A stretch of DNA of 55,487 nt, taken from a bacterium (GTDB lineage: Bacteria > Hinthialibacterota > Hinthialibacteria > Hinthialibacterales > Hinthialibacteraceae). Every line of letters begins with the position of its first letter. The stretch's first letter is position 1. Under the pieces are notes generated by a model. That model worked only from the letters and a program-made list of their open reading frames with translations, ran no database searches and was not told where the DNA came from. This document shows positions 1 to 8,664 of the stretch, in pieces. A program made the translations under genes and the position numbers. The DNA is taken from assembly GCA_963663405.2 (NCBI GenBank), contig CAXXSM010000035.1, positions 1 to 55,487 on the forward strand, given 5' to 3'.

Positions 1-1
1 C

Positions 2-1840
2 AAGCGCACTATACTTTCGATTGCTCTGAGTGTGGTATTAATAGTATTTCTCGCAGGAACGTCATACGCTCAGGCGCCCGATCCCGCCGGTCTTTGGGAA
101 TTTAATAACGCGTCCGACTTAACTGAAGCGGCTATTGGCGATTCTCTTGAATTGGTGGGTGAACATCAGGCGGTTGAAGGCGTCAATTCGCAGGATGGCG
201 CGGTGGCTATCGGCGCAGAAAGTTATTATATCGTTTGGCATTGGATCGATCCGAATGGAGGTGGATCTTATGTCAATCAATACACACTACTCTTTGATTT
301 CAGTATTCCCGAACTGGGAAATTGGTATTCATTCTACAATACCAGCTGGGATTCAGGCAACGACGGCGATGGTTGGGTCAACACATCGGGCAACATCGGT
401 GTTGGCGACACGGGGTATTCCGCGTTCGCTGTTTCTCCGCAACAGTGGTACCGGTTGATTATCGCCGTTGATTTGGCGGCGGGAACGATTGATTACTATC
501 TTAATGGAAATCTGATCCAACAGGGAACAGGCCAATCTCTGGATGGACGTTTTTCACTGTATGGGGCTGACGACGCGACCAATCCCTGGATGCTGTTTTT
601 CTCAGACGATAATGGAGAGGACAGCGAGTTTTTCATCTCCACGGCTGCGATATACGACCGGACATTAACAGCGGAGGAAGCGATGGCGCTGAAAGGACCA
701 TTGGGTGAAGCCGTTGCGCCGATCGAAGGGGAACCACCCGTGACGCCTACGCTTTCTCTCGCGAATCCAAATCCGCAGGGGTTGGATGACATTGAACTCG
801 TGGGATCGGAATTTCTTGGCGGCGGCGATGTCCGGCACGTGAAATCCGTCTGGGATATCGCATTGGATGAGAATTTCGAAACGATCTATCAAAGTTATGA
901 CACATCCACGGATCTTACCTCATTGACCTTCGAGAATAATCTCATGCCATTCGGCGTTCCCATGTATGCCCGCGTGGCGTATTTTGATTCTAACGGAATG
1001 GGATCTGAATTATCCAATACTCTATCGTTTACGCTGAACTCGTTTACCGGTTTAAAACCGGTTTTCGAGGAAGATTTCGAATCCACGCCGGAAGGCGAAC
1101 TCCCAGCTGGATGGAAAGCGGTCAGTTTTTCCACGGGCGGGGATGACTTATTCAAGTCGTGGACGGTTGAAACGTTGGATTTTCTGAATACATACACTTA
1201 TTATCCAGATTACGCAGACTCGCCCGAGACGGTGTTTGAAACGGCGCTTCCGATTGTAGAGGGCAAGAGTTGTCACGCCGATTCAGGACAGTACGGAGAA
1301 GGCTATTTCGAAGCGCATCTGTTCTCCAAACCGATGGATCTAAGTGGGATTACGGATGTTGTCATTACATTCAACAGCGATTACCTGCAAAACCAAGATA
1401 ACATCGCCGTGTTGGAATACACGACCGATGGCGGTGATTTGGATGAAAACGGCCGGATCACCGGAACGTGGATTCCCGTTCTATATTACCTCGATTATTG
1501 GGATATAACCTATGACGCTGATGGGAAAACTCCCGATGGGGAAGCCACATTCAGACCAGAGAATATCGCCGACGGCACGGAATACGCCTATGCGGATTTA
1601 GTGTTCGCCAAAGAAAGCATGCCTCTCGCCGAACTGGGCCCATACATATTTCCCCGCGCAGATGACAGCCGCATGGGGAGTAAACGATTCGAGAAATACC
1701 GTCTGCCGCTGGCCGACAATCAATCGAACGTACGGTTCCGGTGGGCCTATAACGGCACTTGGAGCTGGTATTGGGGAATTGACAACCTCGTAATCTGGGG
1801 AAATGATGGAACATCTGTAGATGAATGGGCGTTGTATTAA
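2..1840 (+). CDS. Secreted surface protein, 5'-partial: LamG/concanavalin-like domain plus further beta-rich domains; ends in TSVDEWALY
   Basis: The frame is open from base 2 (KRTILSIALSVVLIVFLAGTSYA, a signal peptide), so the start lies upstream of the window. LamG-like motifs include WYRLIIAVD..IDYYLNG and IYDRTLTAEE. The protein is acidic. Confidence 0.8.
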   Translation, partial: KRTILSIALSVVLIVFLAGTSYAQAPDPAGLWEFNNASDLTEAAIGDSLELVGEHQAVEGVNSQDGAVAIGAESYYIVWHWIDPNGGGSYVNQYTLLFDFSIPELGNWYSFYNTSWDSGNDGDGWVNTSGNIGVGDTGYSAFAVSPQQWYRLIIAVDLAAGTIDYYLNGNLIQQGTGQSLDGRFSLYGADDATNPWMLFFSDDNGEDSEFFISTAAIYDRTLTAEEAMALKGPLGEAVAPIEGEPPVTPTLSLANPNPQGLDDIELVGSEFLGGGDVRHVKSVWDIALDENFETIYQSYDTSTDLTSLTFENNLMPFGVPMYARVAYFDSNGMGSELSNTLSFTLNSFTGLKPVFEEDFESTPEGELPAGWKAVSFSTGGDDLFKSWTVETLDFLNTYTYYPDYADSPETVFETALPIVEGKSCHADSGQYGEGYFEAHLFSKPMDLSGITDVVITFNSDYLQNQDNIAVLEYTTDGGDLDENGRITGTWIPVLYYLDYWDITYDADGKTPDGEATFRPENIADGTEYAYADLVFAKESMPLAELGPYIFPRADDSRMGSKRFEKYRLPLADNQSNVRFRWAYNGTWSWYWGIDNLVIWGNDGTSVDEWALY

Positions 1841-1860
1841 AAACAATAGTTTAGAAAACA

Positions 1861-1890
1861 AAAGGGGGGCGTTTTCGCTCCCTTTCTTAT
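1861..1890 (+). terminator. Hairpin (terminator-like) between the surface protein gene and the pilin-like gene
   Basis: AAAGGGGGGCG-TTTT-CGCTCCCTTT followed by a T-rich tract. Confidence 0.55.
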
Positions 1891-1907
1891 TTTGAAGGAG
1901 ACGCCCG

Positions 1908-2534
1908 ATGAAACACCGGGGCTTTACGTTGATTGAATTGTTGATTGTTGTGGCGATCATCGGTATTCTCGCTGCGATCGCGGTACCCAATTTTCTGAAC
2001 GCCCAGATCCGCGCGCGGCTTGCGAAAGCCACCTCTGATATGCGCAGCCTGGGGACGGCGATTGAGATGTATCGCCTCGACAACAACCGCTATCCCTGCG
2101 ACGGGCAGGAACCTAGCTGCCCCTGGCCGTGGGCGACGAACGCCTGGCGGCTGACATCGCCGATTCCCTACATCGCCAGCCTGCCCCTCGATCCATGGGC
2201 CAATGAAACACCGTGGGAAGACGCGGCGGTAAAATATTATTGGTACACGACGCGGGAAGGCTACGGCGGCGCCCGCGCGCCAGGACGGCAAACCTCCGTC
2301 GCTGGACGCAACAACGTCCGTCTGTACGATCCCCCCCGTTTGGAGTTTCTCTTTGGATTGGTGACGCCGGGGCCGGATAAATGCTGGGAGTGGGACCGCC
2401 CGTATTTTCCACCGTTCAATCGGGCGTATGTGGGGGATGTGCTTTATTACGATTCCAGCAACGGCGTGATTTCGAATGGGGATCTTTACTTGTTTGGACC
2501 GGGGAATAATTATAATCCACCCGCGGAGTTTTAG
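1908..2534 (+). CDS. Prepilin-type N-terminal cleavage/methylation protein (GspG-like pseudopilin)
   Basis: MKHRG|FTLIELLIVVAIIGILAAIAVPNF class III signal with E5; RBS GAAGGAG. Confidence 0.9.
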   Translation: MKHRGFTLIELLIVVAIIGILAAIAVPNFLNAQIRARLAKATSDMRSLGTAIEMYRLDNNRYPCDGQEPSCPWPWATNAWRLTSPIPYIASLPLDPWANETPWEDAAVKYYWYTTREGYGGARAPGRQTSVAGRNNVRLYDPPRLEFLFGLVTPGPDKCWEWDRPYFPPFNRAYVGDVLYYDSSNGVISNGDLYLFGPGNNYNPPAEF

Positions 2535-2544
2535 ATTCAGGAGC

Positions 2545-2564
2545 GTAGGGTGGGTTGCGTTTTT
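2545..2564 (+). repeat. Degenerate half copy of REP family C (GTAG-type)
   Basis: GTAGGGTGGGTTGCGTTTTT resembles GTAGGATGGGTCGCGTCTTTTT at 17127. Confidence 0.4.
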
Positions 2565-2605
2565 GTGAGGCGCCGAATCGATAGTTCAAATGTGGTTTGG
2601 AATAA

Positions 2606-2640
2606 GACAAGGGCAGAAAAAAACCTTGCCCTTGCCACCC
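2606..2640 (+). repeat. Repeat family A, right hairpin only
   Basis: CAAGGGCAGAAAAAAACCTTGCCCTTG, a variant of CCAGGGCAG..CTTGCCCTGG. Confidence 0.7.
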
Positions 2641-2702
2641 TCTCGTCACTCCTTTTATACAATTCTAAAATTTCCGGAACCGCGTAGGAGCGCCGAACCA
2701 AT

Positions 2703-4961
2703 CTATTCTAAATTTTCTGGAACGGCGTAGAGTTCGTAGGGGGTGTGGGGATCGTTTCCGCTGATGATTTTTTGTAATTTTTGGCGGAAGATCCCTTGTT
2801 TCATTTTTGACATTCGTTTGAGGGTGTTTTCGAACATCGGTTGCGTAAAAACGACGTAGCGGACCTTGAATCGTTCGAGCATCGCTTTCACTTCGTTCCA
2901 ATTCTGGGATTCATAGATCCGGAAGACGTCTTCTTCCCGCTTAAACACTTCCGGTGGATGGCCGCGCCATAATCCCTCATGCCCGGTCCAGCCGATCAGC
3001 GATTGTCTGCCCGTCGCGGCGGAAACGAGGCTTTCGAGATTGCGGTAGGGACAGCCGGGCACTTCCACAATTCGGTCTGTTGGTTCTGTGTTTTCCCGCA
3101 CCCATTCGATGATTCGATGTAGATGCGGATGGCTGGTTTTCAAGAAGGCCAATCCATCCAATGTAATGGGGCGGTCAAGCGTCTTCGGGATGGTGAAAAG
3201 CATTTTGAAGGCGTAGAGAGGCGTGGTGAACGAGAGAATGAATAATCCCATCACGGGAATGAGCGTAAACCATTTGACGAATGGTTGTTTCTCCATCCGG
3301 GCGGCGGTGTAGACTAGATACGGCAATCCAATACCCAAAAGAATCCATGACGCGAAGTAGACTTTGAAAATCGTATTCATCCGCGAGCCATAGCCGTCGC
3401 GCAGATAGATGAATTCACAACCCGCCATCGCCGACCACGCCAATGCGCAGAGGATTAAAGCGAAGCGTTCTTGAGAAGAAACGCGGGTCGACTCTTTCGT
3501 CCCCAAACTGAATACCAGAACGAGCAGCCATAAAGCCGCCGCGAGAATGGGGAGCAGGGCGTAAACGATATATCCCACGCGCGCCCAAAGAATAATAAAA
3601 AGAATACCGAAAATGACAGCGACAAAACCGATCTCTTCTTTGCTTATATCCCGCGAGATCGATCGTATGCGGAAGATTAAATAGGCGATCATCGCGGTGA
3701 TGTGCGCTCCGCAGACGAGAAAGAATTCCGTCAGGCTGGTTTGATACTGGCAGAATTGAATCAAATCTCCTTTGATCGGGGATTCGAAATGCAGCCAGAA
3801 AGGCGCGGCGAGAAGAAAGCCCACGGCGGGAAGAAAGATCACGCCTGCCCAGGCGAGAACGCCGCCCCATGTGAGGGAGCGCCCTTTCCAGAAAACATAG
3901 CGGACAATTTGGAAGAAGATCAATCCCGCATACACCAGCGCGCAAATCGGAAAATCAAACACATTCGTTGGATAGAGAAAGCCACAGGAGACGGCGGTAA
4001 TCAAAAGGAGCGCGTCATAATATTTATAAAATTTCCGGCGGGGTGGATTTTCCAACGCTTGATAAACCATGTACGCAAGCATCAGGAAAAGCAGCGCGAA
4101 GGGTATATTGGAAAAATGAGGGTGCAAGTCGCCCCATAGGATCGTGAAGAGTGGATATTCGTTGATGGCTTCCTGGTTTGGCCCATCGACAATGATCCGC
4201 GTTGTGTTCCATAGATACGTCGCGTGATATTCGTACAGCCCAGTGTACCCCATTGGTTTTTCGAGAATATTGAAGGCGGAGGCGATATTGCCGGCGAAGA
4301 AGATGCAGAGCGCCGTCAGGGCTCCCCACCGGCAGCGGCCGAACAACGCGCGGCCTAATACGAACGCGATCGATACGCCCAGCGCCACAATCGCGGGGAA
4401 CGCCAGATTGTACGCGATTTCCGGACGTACGCCGGTTAGCTTGATCAATACAGAATGAAGCAGGTAACCGCCGTAATGGTAGTTGATGATTCCACCATCA
4501 AACCAGGGATCGGGGGGGGGGATCTCGGACGTGATCGACAGAGCGTTGAGCATCATGAGATCCATTGGTTTCTCGGTGGAGTCGATGGAGGGATCTTCCC
4601 TTCGCGCCAGCACAATTAATATAAAGGCCAGAATGGTGAGGATTTCTCCATTGAGCGCCGTTCGCCAATGCGCTTTCAAACGCCGCCACGTCCACTCTTT
4701 GCGCACTGTCAGCAGATAAAACGAGAATCCCAGCAGCGCGAGACCTACGATCCACAATCCCAGCGCTGAGAATGGCAGGATTTTAATATATGCGAGCAGC
4801 CACGCGCAATATGAGAGAAGCAGCCATCCAAGAGGCCGCGCGAGCAGGATTCCCCCGTCCGGCGATTTCCGGAACGCGATCATCGAGATGGGCAGGATGA
4901 TAATCCCCATGCACGTGAGCGTTAGATACCAGATACATGCGAGTAAAAGATCGTAAATCAT
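2703..4961 (-). CDS. DUF2298 (YYY-type) polytopic membrane protein, predicted GT-C glycosyltransferase
   Basis: Many TM helices; motifs TEKPMD, PPPDPWFDGGIINYHYGG, INEYP, GDLHPH, RMNTIFKVY, GWTGHE. Confidence 0.85.
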   Translation of the reverse strand: MIYDLLLACIWYLTLTCMGIIILPISMIAFRKSPDGGILLARPLGWLLLSYCAWLLAYIKILPFSALGLWIVGLALLGFSFYLLTVRKEWTWRRLKAHWRTALNGEILTILAFILIVLARREDPSIDSTEKPMDLMMLNALSITSEIPPPDPWFDGGIINYHYGGYLLHSVLIKLTGVRPEIAYNLAFPAIVALGVSIAFVLGRALFGRCRWGALTALCIFFAGNIASAFNILEKPMGYTGLYEYHATYLWNTTRIIVDGPNQEAINEYPLFTILWGDLHPHFSNIPFALLFLMLAYMVYQALENPPRRKFYKYYDALLLITAVSCGFLYPTNVFDFPICALVYAGLIFFQIVRYVFWKGRSLTWGGVLAWAGVIFLPAVGFLLAAPFWLHFESPIKGDLIQFCQYQTSLTEFFLVCGAHITAMIAYLIFRIRSISRDISKEEIGFVAVIFGILFIILWARVGYIVYALLPILAAALWLLVLVFSLGTKESTRVSSQERFALILCALAWSAMAGCEFIYLRDGYGSRMNTIFKVYFASWILLGIGLPYLVYTAARMEKQPFVKWFTLIPVMGLFILSFTTPLYAFKMLFTIPKTLDRPITLDGLAFLKTSHPHLHRIIEWVRENTEPTDRIVEVPGCPYRNLESLVSAATGRQSLIGWTGHEGLWRGHPPEVFKREEDVFRIYESQNWNEVKAMLERFKVRYVVFTQPMFENTLKRMSKMKQGIFRQKLQKIISGNDPHTPYELYAVPENLE

Positions 4962-5057
4962 AAGGCGTTCACCCGTTTCAGTGGACTCAGTTTGAATACA
5001 CGATACAACGTTCGATCCGGCTTCGAAAGCGGTGTAGGATTAGAAAATCTGTCAGGC

Positions 5058-5142
5058 GTTAAGGGGAAGGCTTTTTCTTCCCTTTGATAATTTTCAGAAT
5101 GTAGCGCCAGGGTAGATGAAAAACCTTGCCCTGGGCATCCGC
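5058..5142 (+). repeat. Repeat family A, diverged full copy
   Basis: AAGGGGAAGGCTTTTTCTTCCCTT...GCCAGGGTAGATGAAAAACCTTGCCCTGGGCATCCGC. Confidence 0.8.
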
Positions 5143-5227
5143 TGGATTCTATTTATTTTACTGATGTTACGAAGATTCGATAAATAATCCATTGATTTAA
5201 AGAGAAAAATAGATTGATTTATCTTTC

Positions 5228-5400
5228 TTTGTCTGAATCAGGATATCCAGGATGATTAGGATTTTCAGGATAGGAATCATCAGAGTGGAATCCGTCAGCG
5301 GATAGTAAAATCCATTAATCAAATAAAAAAAATCCTAAACATCCTTTAATCTTGTTAAAGCAGCCCTCGCGGTTGCTCGGTCTTACCTGATTCAGACAAA
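5228..5400 (+). repeat. Repeat family B (MITE-like)
   Basis: Terminal inverted repeats TTTGTCTGAATCAGG / CCTGATTCAGACAAA; periodic AGGAT on the left arm and ATCCT on the right arm. Confidence 0.85.
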
Positions 5401-5434
5401 AACAATCTCTATTTATAGATTCGCGTAACATCAG

Positions 5435-5743
5435 TTATTTTATTTCAAAGTGTGTGAGGTCTTCTGGCCACAGCGCTTTATATTTATCAGATTCAATATC
5501 CCGGTATGCCGCTTTCAGCGATGAAAGAAATCCATTCCGATCGAGATAGGAACGGATTGTTTCAAATGTTGTTTTTGGATCGTATGTAAAGATGAATATA
5601 TTCATTTCACCGCTTCCAAAATCGTGACCGTCAACTTCAGTGGTATCACCTAATATATCATCAAGTTCATCTTCAGCCTCAATAAGCCGGTCAAAATCAT
5701 CCAATGTAACTCCTGAATGTTGTAGCACAAGCTGGTATTTCAT
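5435..5743 (-). CDS. Small acidic hypothetical protein (102 aa)
   Basis: Likely start MKYQLVLQ at 5743; GHDFGSGEMNIFIFT motif; the longer ORF call overlaps the divergent PhzF-like gene. Confidence 0.65.
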   Translation of the reverse strand: MKYQLVLQHSGVTLDDFDRLIEAEDELDDILGDTTEVDGHDFGSGEMNIFIFTYDPKTTFETIRSYLDRNGFLSSLKAAYRDIESDKYKALWPEDLTHFEIK

Positions 5744-5872
5744 ATAAGTTTTCTTCCGGTTTGAATTTCGTTTGTGATTAAGGTTGAAAGAACTTTCCGC
5801 TTCACTACAATTTCTGACAATACAATAGCGCGGGATTGGAAAATAACAAATGTAAATCCAGGGGGTCCAATC

Positions 5873-6664
5873 ATGACAGTTAAAATCACCCAAGCCGACG
5901 CTTTCACGAATGCGGCTTTTAAGGGGAATCCGGCGGCGGTTTGTTTGTTGACGAGTCCGCGGGAGGAAGATTGGATGCAAAATGTGGCGCGGGAGATGAA
6001 TCTTTCCGAAACAGCGTTTTTAGATCCACGTGAGGATGGATTTAATCTGCGCTGGTTTACGCCGGGGGGAGAAGTGGATCTCTGCGGGCACGCCACACTC
6101 GCCAGCGCCCACGTTCTATGGGAAGAAGGAATCCTTTCGGAAGAGAAAACCGCCCGCTTTTTCACACGCAGCGGCTGGCTGACCGCGTCCTTGAATGATG
6201 GTTGGATCGAGATGGATTTTCCCTCTACGCCGGATGAGCCGTTTGTTCCTGATTTTGATTTGGCTGGCGCGCTGGGGACTGCGTTGGACTATATTGGGAA
6301 GAATCAATTTGACTGCATCGCGCTGGTGAAGGATGAAGAGACGCTGCGGAATCTGCGGCCTGATTTCTATAAACTGGCTTCGTTTCCGATTCGGGGCGCG
6401 ATCGTGACCTGCCGGAGCGATTCATCGGACTATGATTTTGTCTCCCGTTTTTTCGCGCCGGGTCTTGGGGTTGATGAAGATCCTGTCACCGGTTCCGCGC
6501 ACTGCTGTCTGGCGCCTTTTTGGAACCGGCGGATTGATCGAACTGAATTCACCGCCTATCAGGCTTCCATGCGGGGCGGCGTGGTCCGCGCGCGGTTGAA
6601 TGGAGACCGTGTGCTGTTATCGGGACAAGCGGTGACTGTTTTGCGGGGGGAACTTGTTTATTAG
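5873..6664 (+). CDS. PhzF family isomerase/epimerase
   Basis: DAFT..FKGNPAAV, EMNLSETAF, LRWFTP..EVDLCGHATLA, EDPVTGSAH; ATG at 5873 after a GGGGG RBS. Confidence 0.92.
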   Translation: MTVKITQADAFTNAAFKGNPAAVCLLTSPREEDWMQNVAREMNLSETAFLDPREDGFNLRWFTPGGEVDLCGHATLASAHVLWEEGILSEEKTARFFTRSGWLTASLNDGWIEMDFPSTPDEPFVPDFDLAGALGTALDYIGKNQFDCIALVKDEETLRNLRPDFYKLASFPIRGAIVTCRSDSSDYDFVSRFFAPGLGVDEDPVTGSAHCCLAPFWNRRIDRTEFTAYQASMRGGVVRARLNGDRVLLSGQAVTVLRGELVY

Positions 6665-6711
6665 AAGAAATTATTTTCGATAAATGAGAAAAGCAGATTA
6701 TGATCGCGTAT

Positions 6712-6749
6712 CGCCAGGGCAGATGAAAAACCTTGCCCTGGGCACCCGC
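6712..6749 (+). repeat. Repeat family A, right hairpin
   Basis: CGCCAGGGCAGATGAAAAACCTTGCCCTGGGCACCCGC. Confidence 0.8.
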
Positions 6750-6758
6750 TAAGTACTA

Positions 6759-7565
6759 TCAAATTACTCGTCTCTGACGTCTACGTGCAGATGTTTGCTT
6801 AGGTGGTATGCGAGACAATAAGACATCGAATACCAAGTGTTGATCTATTAGAAACGTGTCGTATTGATTCTCGATTGGCCCACGCCCATCTGTTTCGTGA
6901 GTCAGATCGTAGCCGACGATGCATTTAACAAATGCGTCATCAATCGTCTTTCTTTCAACTAGTCTATAAATTTCATCGCTGTTCTTATTATAATTTAATA
7001 CAAATTTTTCTAGTTGGCATGCTGACACGACACCTTGAACACCTTTCGGGGAATCGATTACATAGAATACAACGCAGCCGGGTATAACGTAGCCTTTATC
7101 CATCCAAGTATGGGTAAATCTTCTACAATCAGAACAAATTCGTATAATCTTCCTCAGTTGATCCTTGTCAATTTTCAGTTTAGATTTGCGATTTGCCTTT
7201 TTATGCTGGAATGCAGCAACTTTCTTGCCTTCTATTTCGTAGATCAGGTCTACTCCGTACACCTTTTCTGCTTGTCCACGGTGTGTAACAGTGATCTTAA
7301 CCTTTGTCCCCTTGATGTCGCGTTCCTTAACGTGAGGGAAATGAAATTGTCGTTCTTTTTTTACCATATTTTCCATATTTTCAAACGTTTCATTAAATGC
7401 TTCGTCAAGTTGTTGATATATAAAGGCTTCTTCATGAGGATAGTCCATTTCTTGATCTATAAGATTTAAGATAATTTGCCGTCGCGATACCGAATAGGTT
7501 TGCATTTTAATTTGTTCAATAGTCTCCAAGAGTTCATCGGGTTCTAGTTCTTCTAACATATTCAA
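6759..7565 (-). CDS. Hypothetical protein, possible PD-(D/E)xK-like nuclease
   Basis: AT-rich ORF with a GGAGA RBS; EKVYGVDLIYEIEGKKVAAFQHKK resembles an E..G.D...QxK restriction-endonuclease-fold motif. Confidence 0.55.
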   Translation of the reverse strand: MNMLEELEPDELLETIEQIKMQTYSVSRRQIILNLIDQEMDYPHEEAFIYQQLDEAFNETFENMENMVKKERQFHFPHVKERDIKGTKVKITVTHRGQAEKVYGVDLIYEIEGKKVAAFQHKKANRKSKLKIDKDQLRKIIRICSDCRRFTHTWMDKGYVIPGCVVFYVIDSPKGVQGVVSACQLEKFVLNYNKNSDEIYRLVERKTIDDAFVKCIVGYDLTHETDGRGPIENQYDTFLIDQHLVFDVLLSRIPPKQTSARRRQRRVI

Positions 7566-7603
7566 TCTCCTATTTACTAAATCAGGAATGATTTACAAAA
7601 AAT

Positions 7604-7635
7604 GGTGGGTCAAAAAGACGCGACCCACCCTACAT
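7604..7635 (-). repeat. REP family C single copy
   Basis: The reverse complement reads ATGTAGGGTGGGTCGCGTCTTTTTGACCCACC, nearly identical to the left REP at 17126. Confidence 0.85.
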
Positions 7636-7724
7636 GCTGGGTAGCAAGGGGAAGGCTTTATTCTCCCCTTGCATAATTTCCGGAACGTAGCCAGGGCAGA
7701 AAAACGCCTTGCCCTGGGTACCCG
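7636..7724 (+). repeat. Repeat family A, full copy truncating the IS110 transposase
   Basis: GCTGGGTAGCAAGGGGAAGGCTTTATTCTCCCCTTGC...GCCAGGGCAGAAAAACGCCTTGCCCTGGGTACCCG. Confidence 0.9.
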
Positions 7725-8091
7725 TGGTCTCCAATTGACGTTTCAGATCGAATCCACAGGGACCCGCTTCGTAGCAAATCCGTATAGGACCTGGGGCTTT
7801 CTTCTGAATGCTTCTTACAAAGCGTCTGATATCATGCGAGGTATTGTTGATGGTCATTGACTCCGGTTTTTTCCCGTTTGGAAAAATAATGTATAGCTGA
7901 TGATTCTTTTTGTGGGCATCTAATCCCACGTACGTTGTGGTATAATCTTTCATGACCGGCTCCTTTTCGTATGCGGCTCTGTGGCCTTTTGGTTATAATC
8001 CGCGATTCTAGGGATTTTTCTTCTCCCTATTACGTATCGGTCTATACCAATACGTCTTTACGATCGCGGAGCCGGTCGTTCCATATTGTCT
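7725..8091 (-). mobile_element. IS110-family remnant: non-coding left end (7954-8091) plus N-terminal DEDD transposase fragment (7725-7953)
   Basis: MKDYTTTYVGLDAHKK...CYEAGPCGFDLKRQL is the IS110 RuvC-like N-terminus; the upstream region is closed by a GACCGGCTCC...GGAGCCGGTC stem directly before the ATG. Confidence 0.85.
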
Positions 8092-8118
8092 ACATGTTGT
8101 TAGCTTGATGTAAATTTA

Positions 8119-8619
8119 TCAACTTGAAGAAGAGAAATAGAGGATAAAAAAGACGAGGGTATTGTGGAGGGCGTGGGCGATTGTGGTCAGGCGGTAGGCT
8201 TTAAAGAATCCTTCCCGGCGGCCAAAGAGGAAACAACCCGCTAGAATCCAACCCACGCCGATGTTCTGGATGACATACGCGGCGCCCGCCCGGATGTGGA
8301 TCAGCCCAAACCAAATCGCCGCGTAAAAAACGGCGTGCTGAGTGGGTTTCTTCAACCACTTGGTAAATACCATCGGCGCCCATTGGCCCACGATCGTCTC
8401 ATACAATGGGGCGCTGACCAGGATAAAATACGCGCCGATCAATCCTTTGTCTTGAATAAAAGCGTCAAACACAACCCGCGTGGATGAAAACTGCAGGGGA
8501 GCGATCAATAAGGAAATGAAACAATTAACGGCCAGCGCCGTCACTGCGAAGAATATAATTTGAGCCGGTTCGGACCAGCGGCGCAACGGGGGACAGTCAC
8601 CATCACCAAATAAAGGCAT
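8119..8619 (-). CDS. CPBP (CAAX/Abi) family intramembrane metalloprotease-like protein
   Basis: APLYET, WFGLIH and AHALHN motifs; hydrophobic. Confidence 0.75.
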   Translation of the reverse strand: MPLFGDGDCPPLRRWSEPAQIIFFAVTALAVNCFISLLIAPLQFSSTRVVFDAFIQDKGLIGAYFILVSAPLYETIVGQWAPMVFTKWLKKPTQHAVFYAAIWFGLIHIRAGAAYVIQNIGVGWILAGCFLFGRREGFFKAYRLTTIAHALHNTLVFFILYFSSSS

Positions 8620-8664
8620 TGTACTTAAATCTCTCTTAACAGGTCATGTCTATTTAAATAGAAA

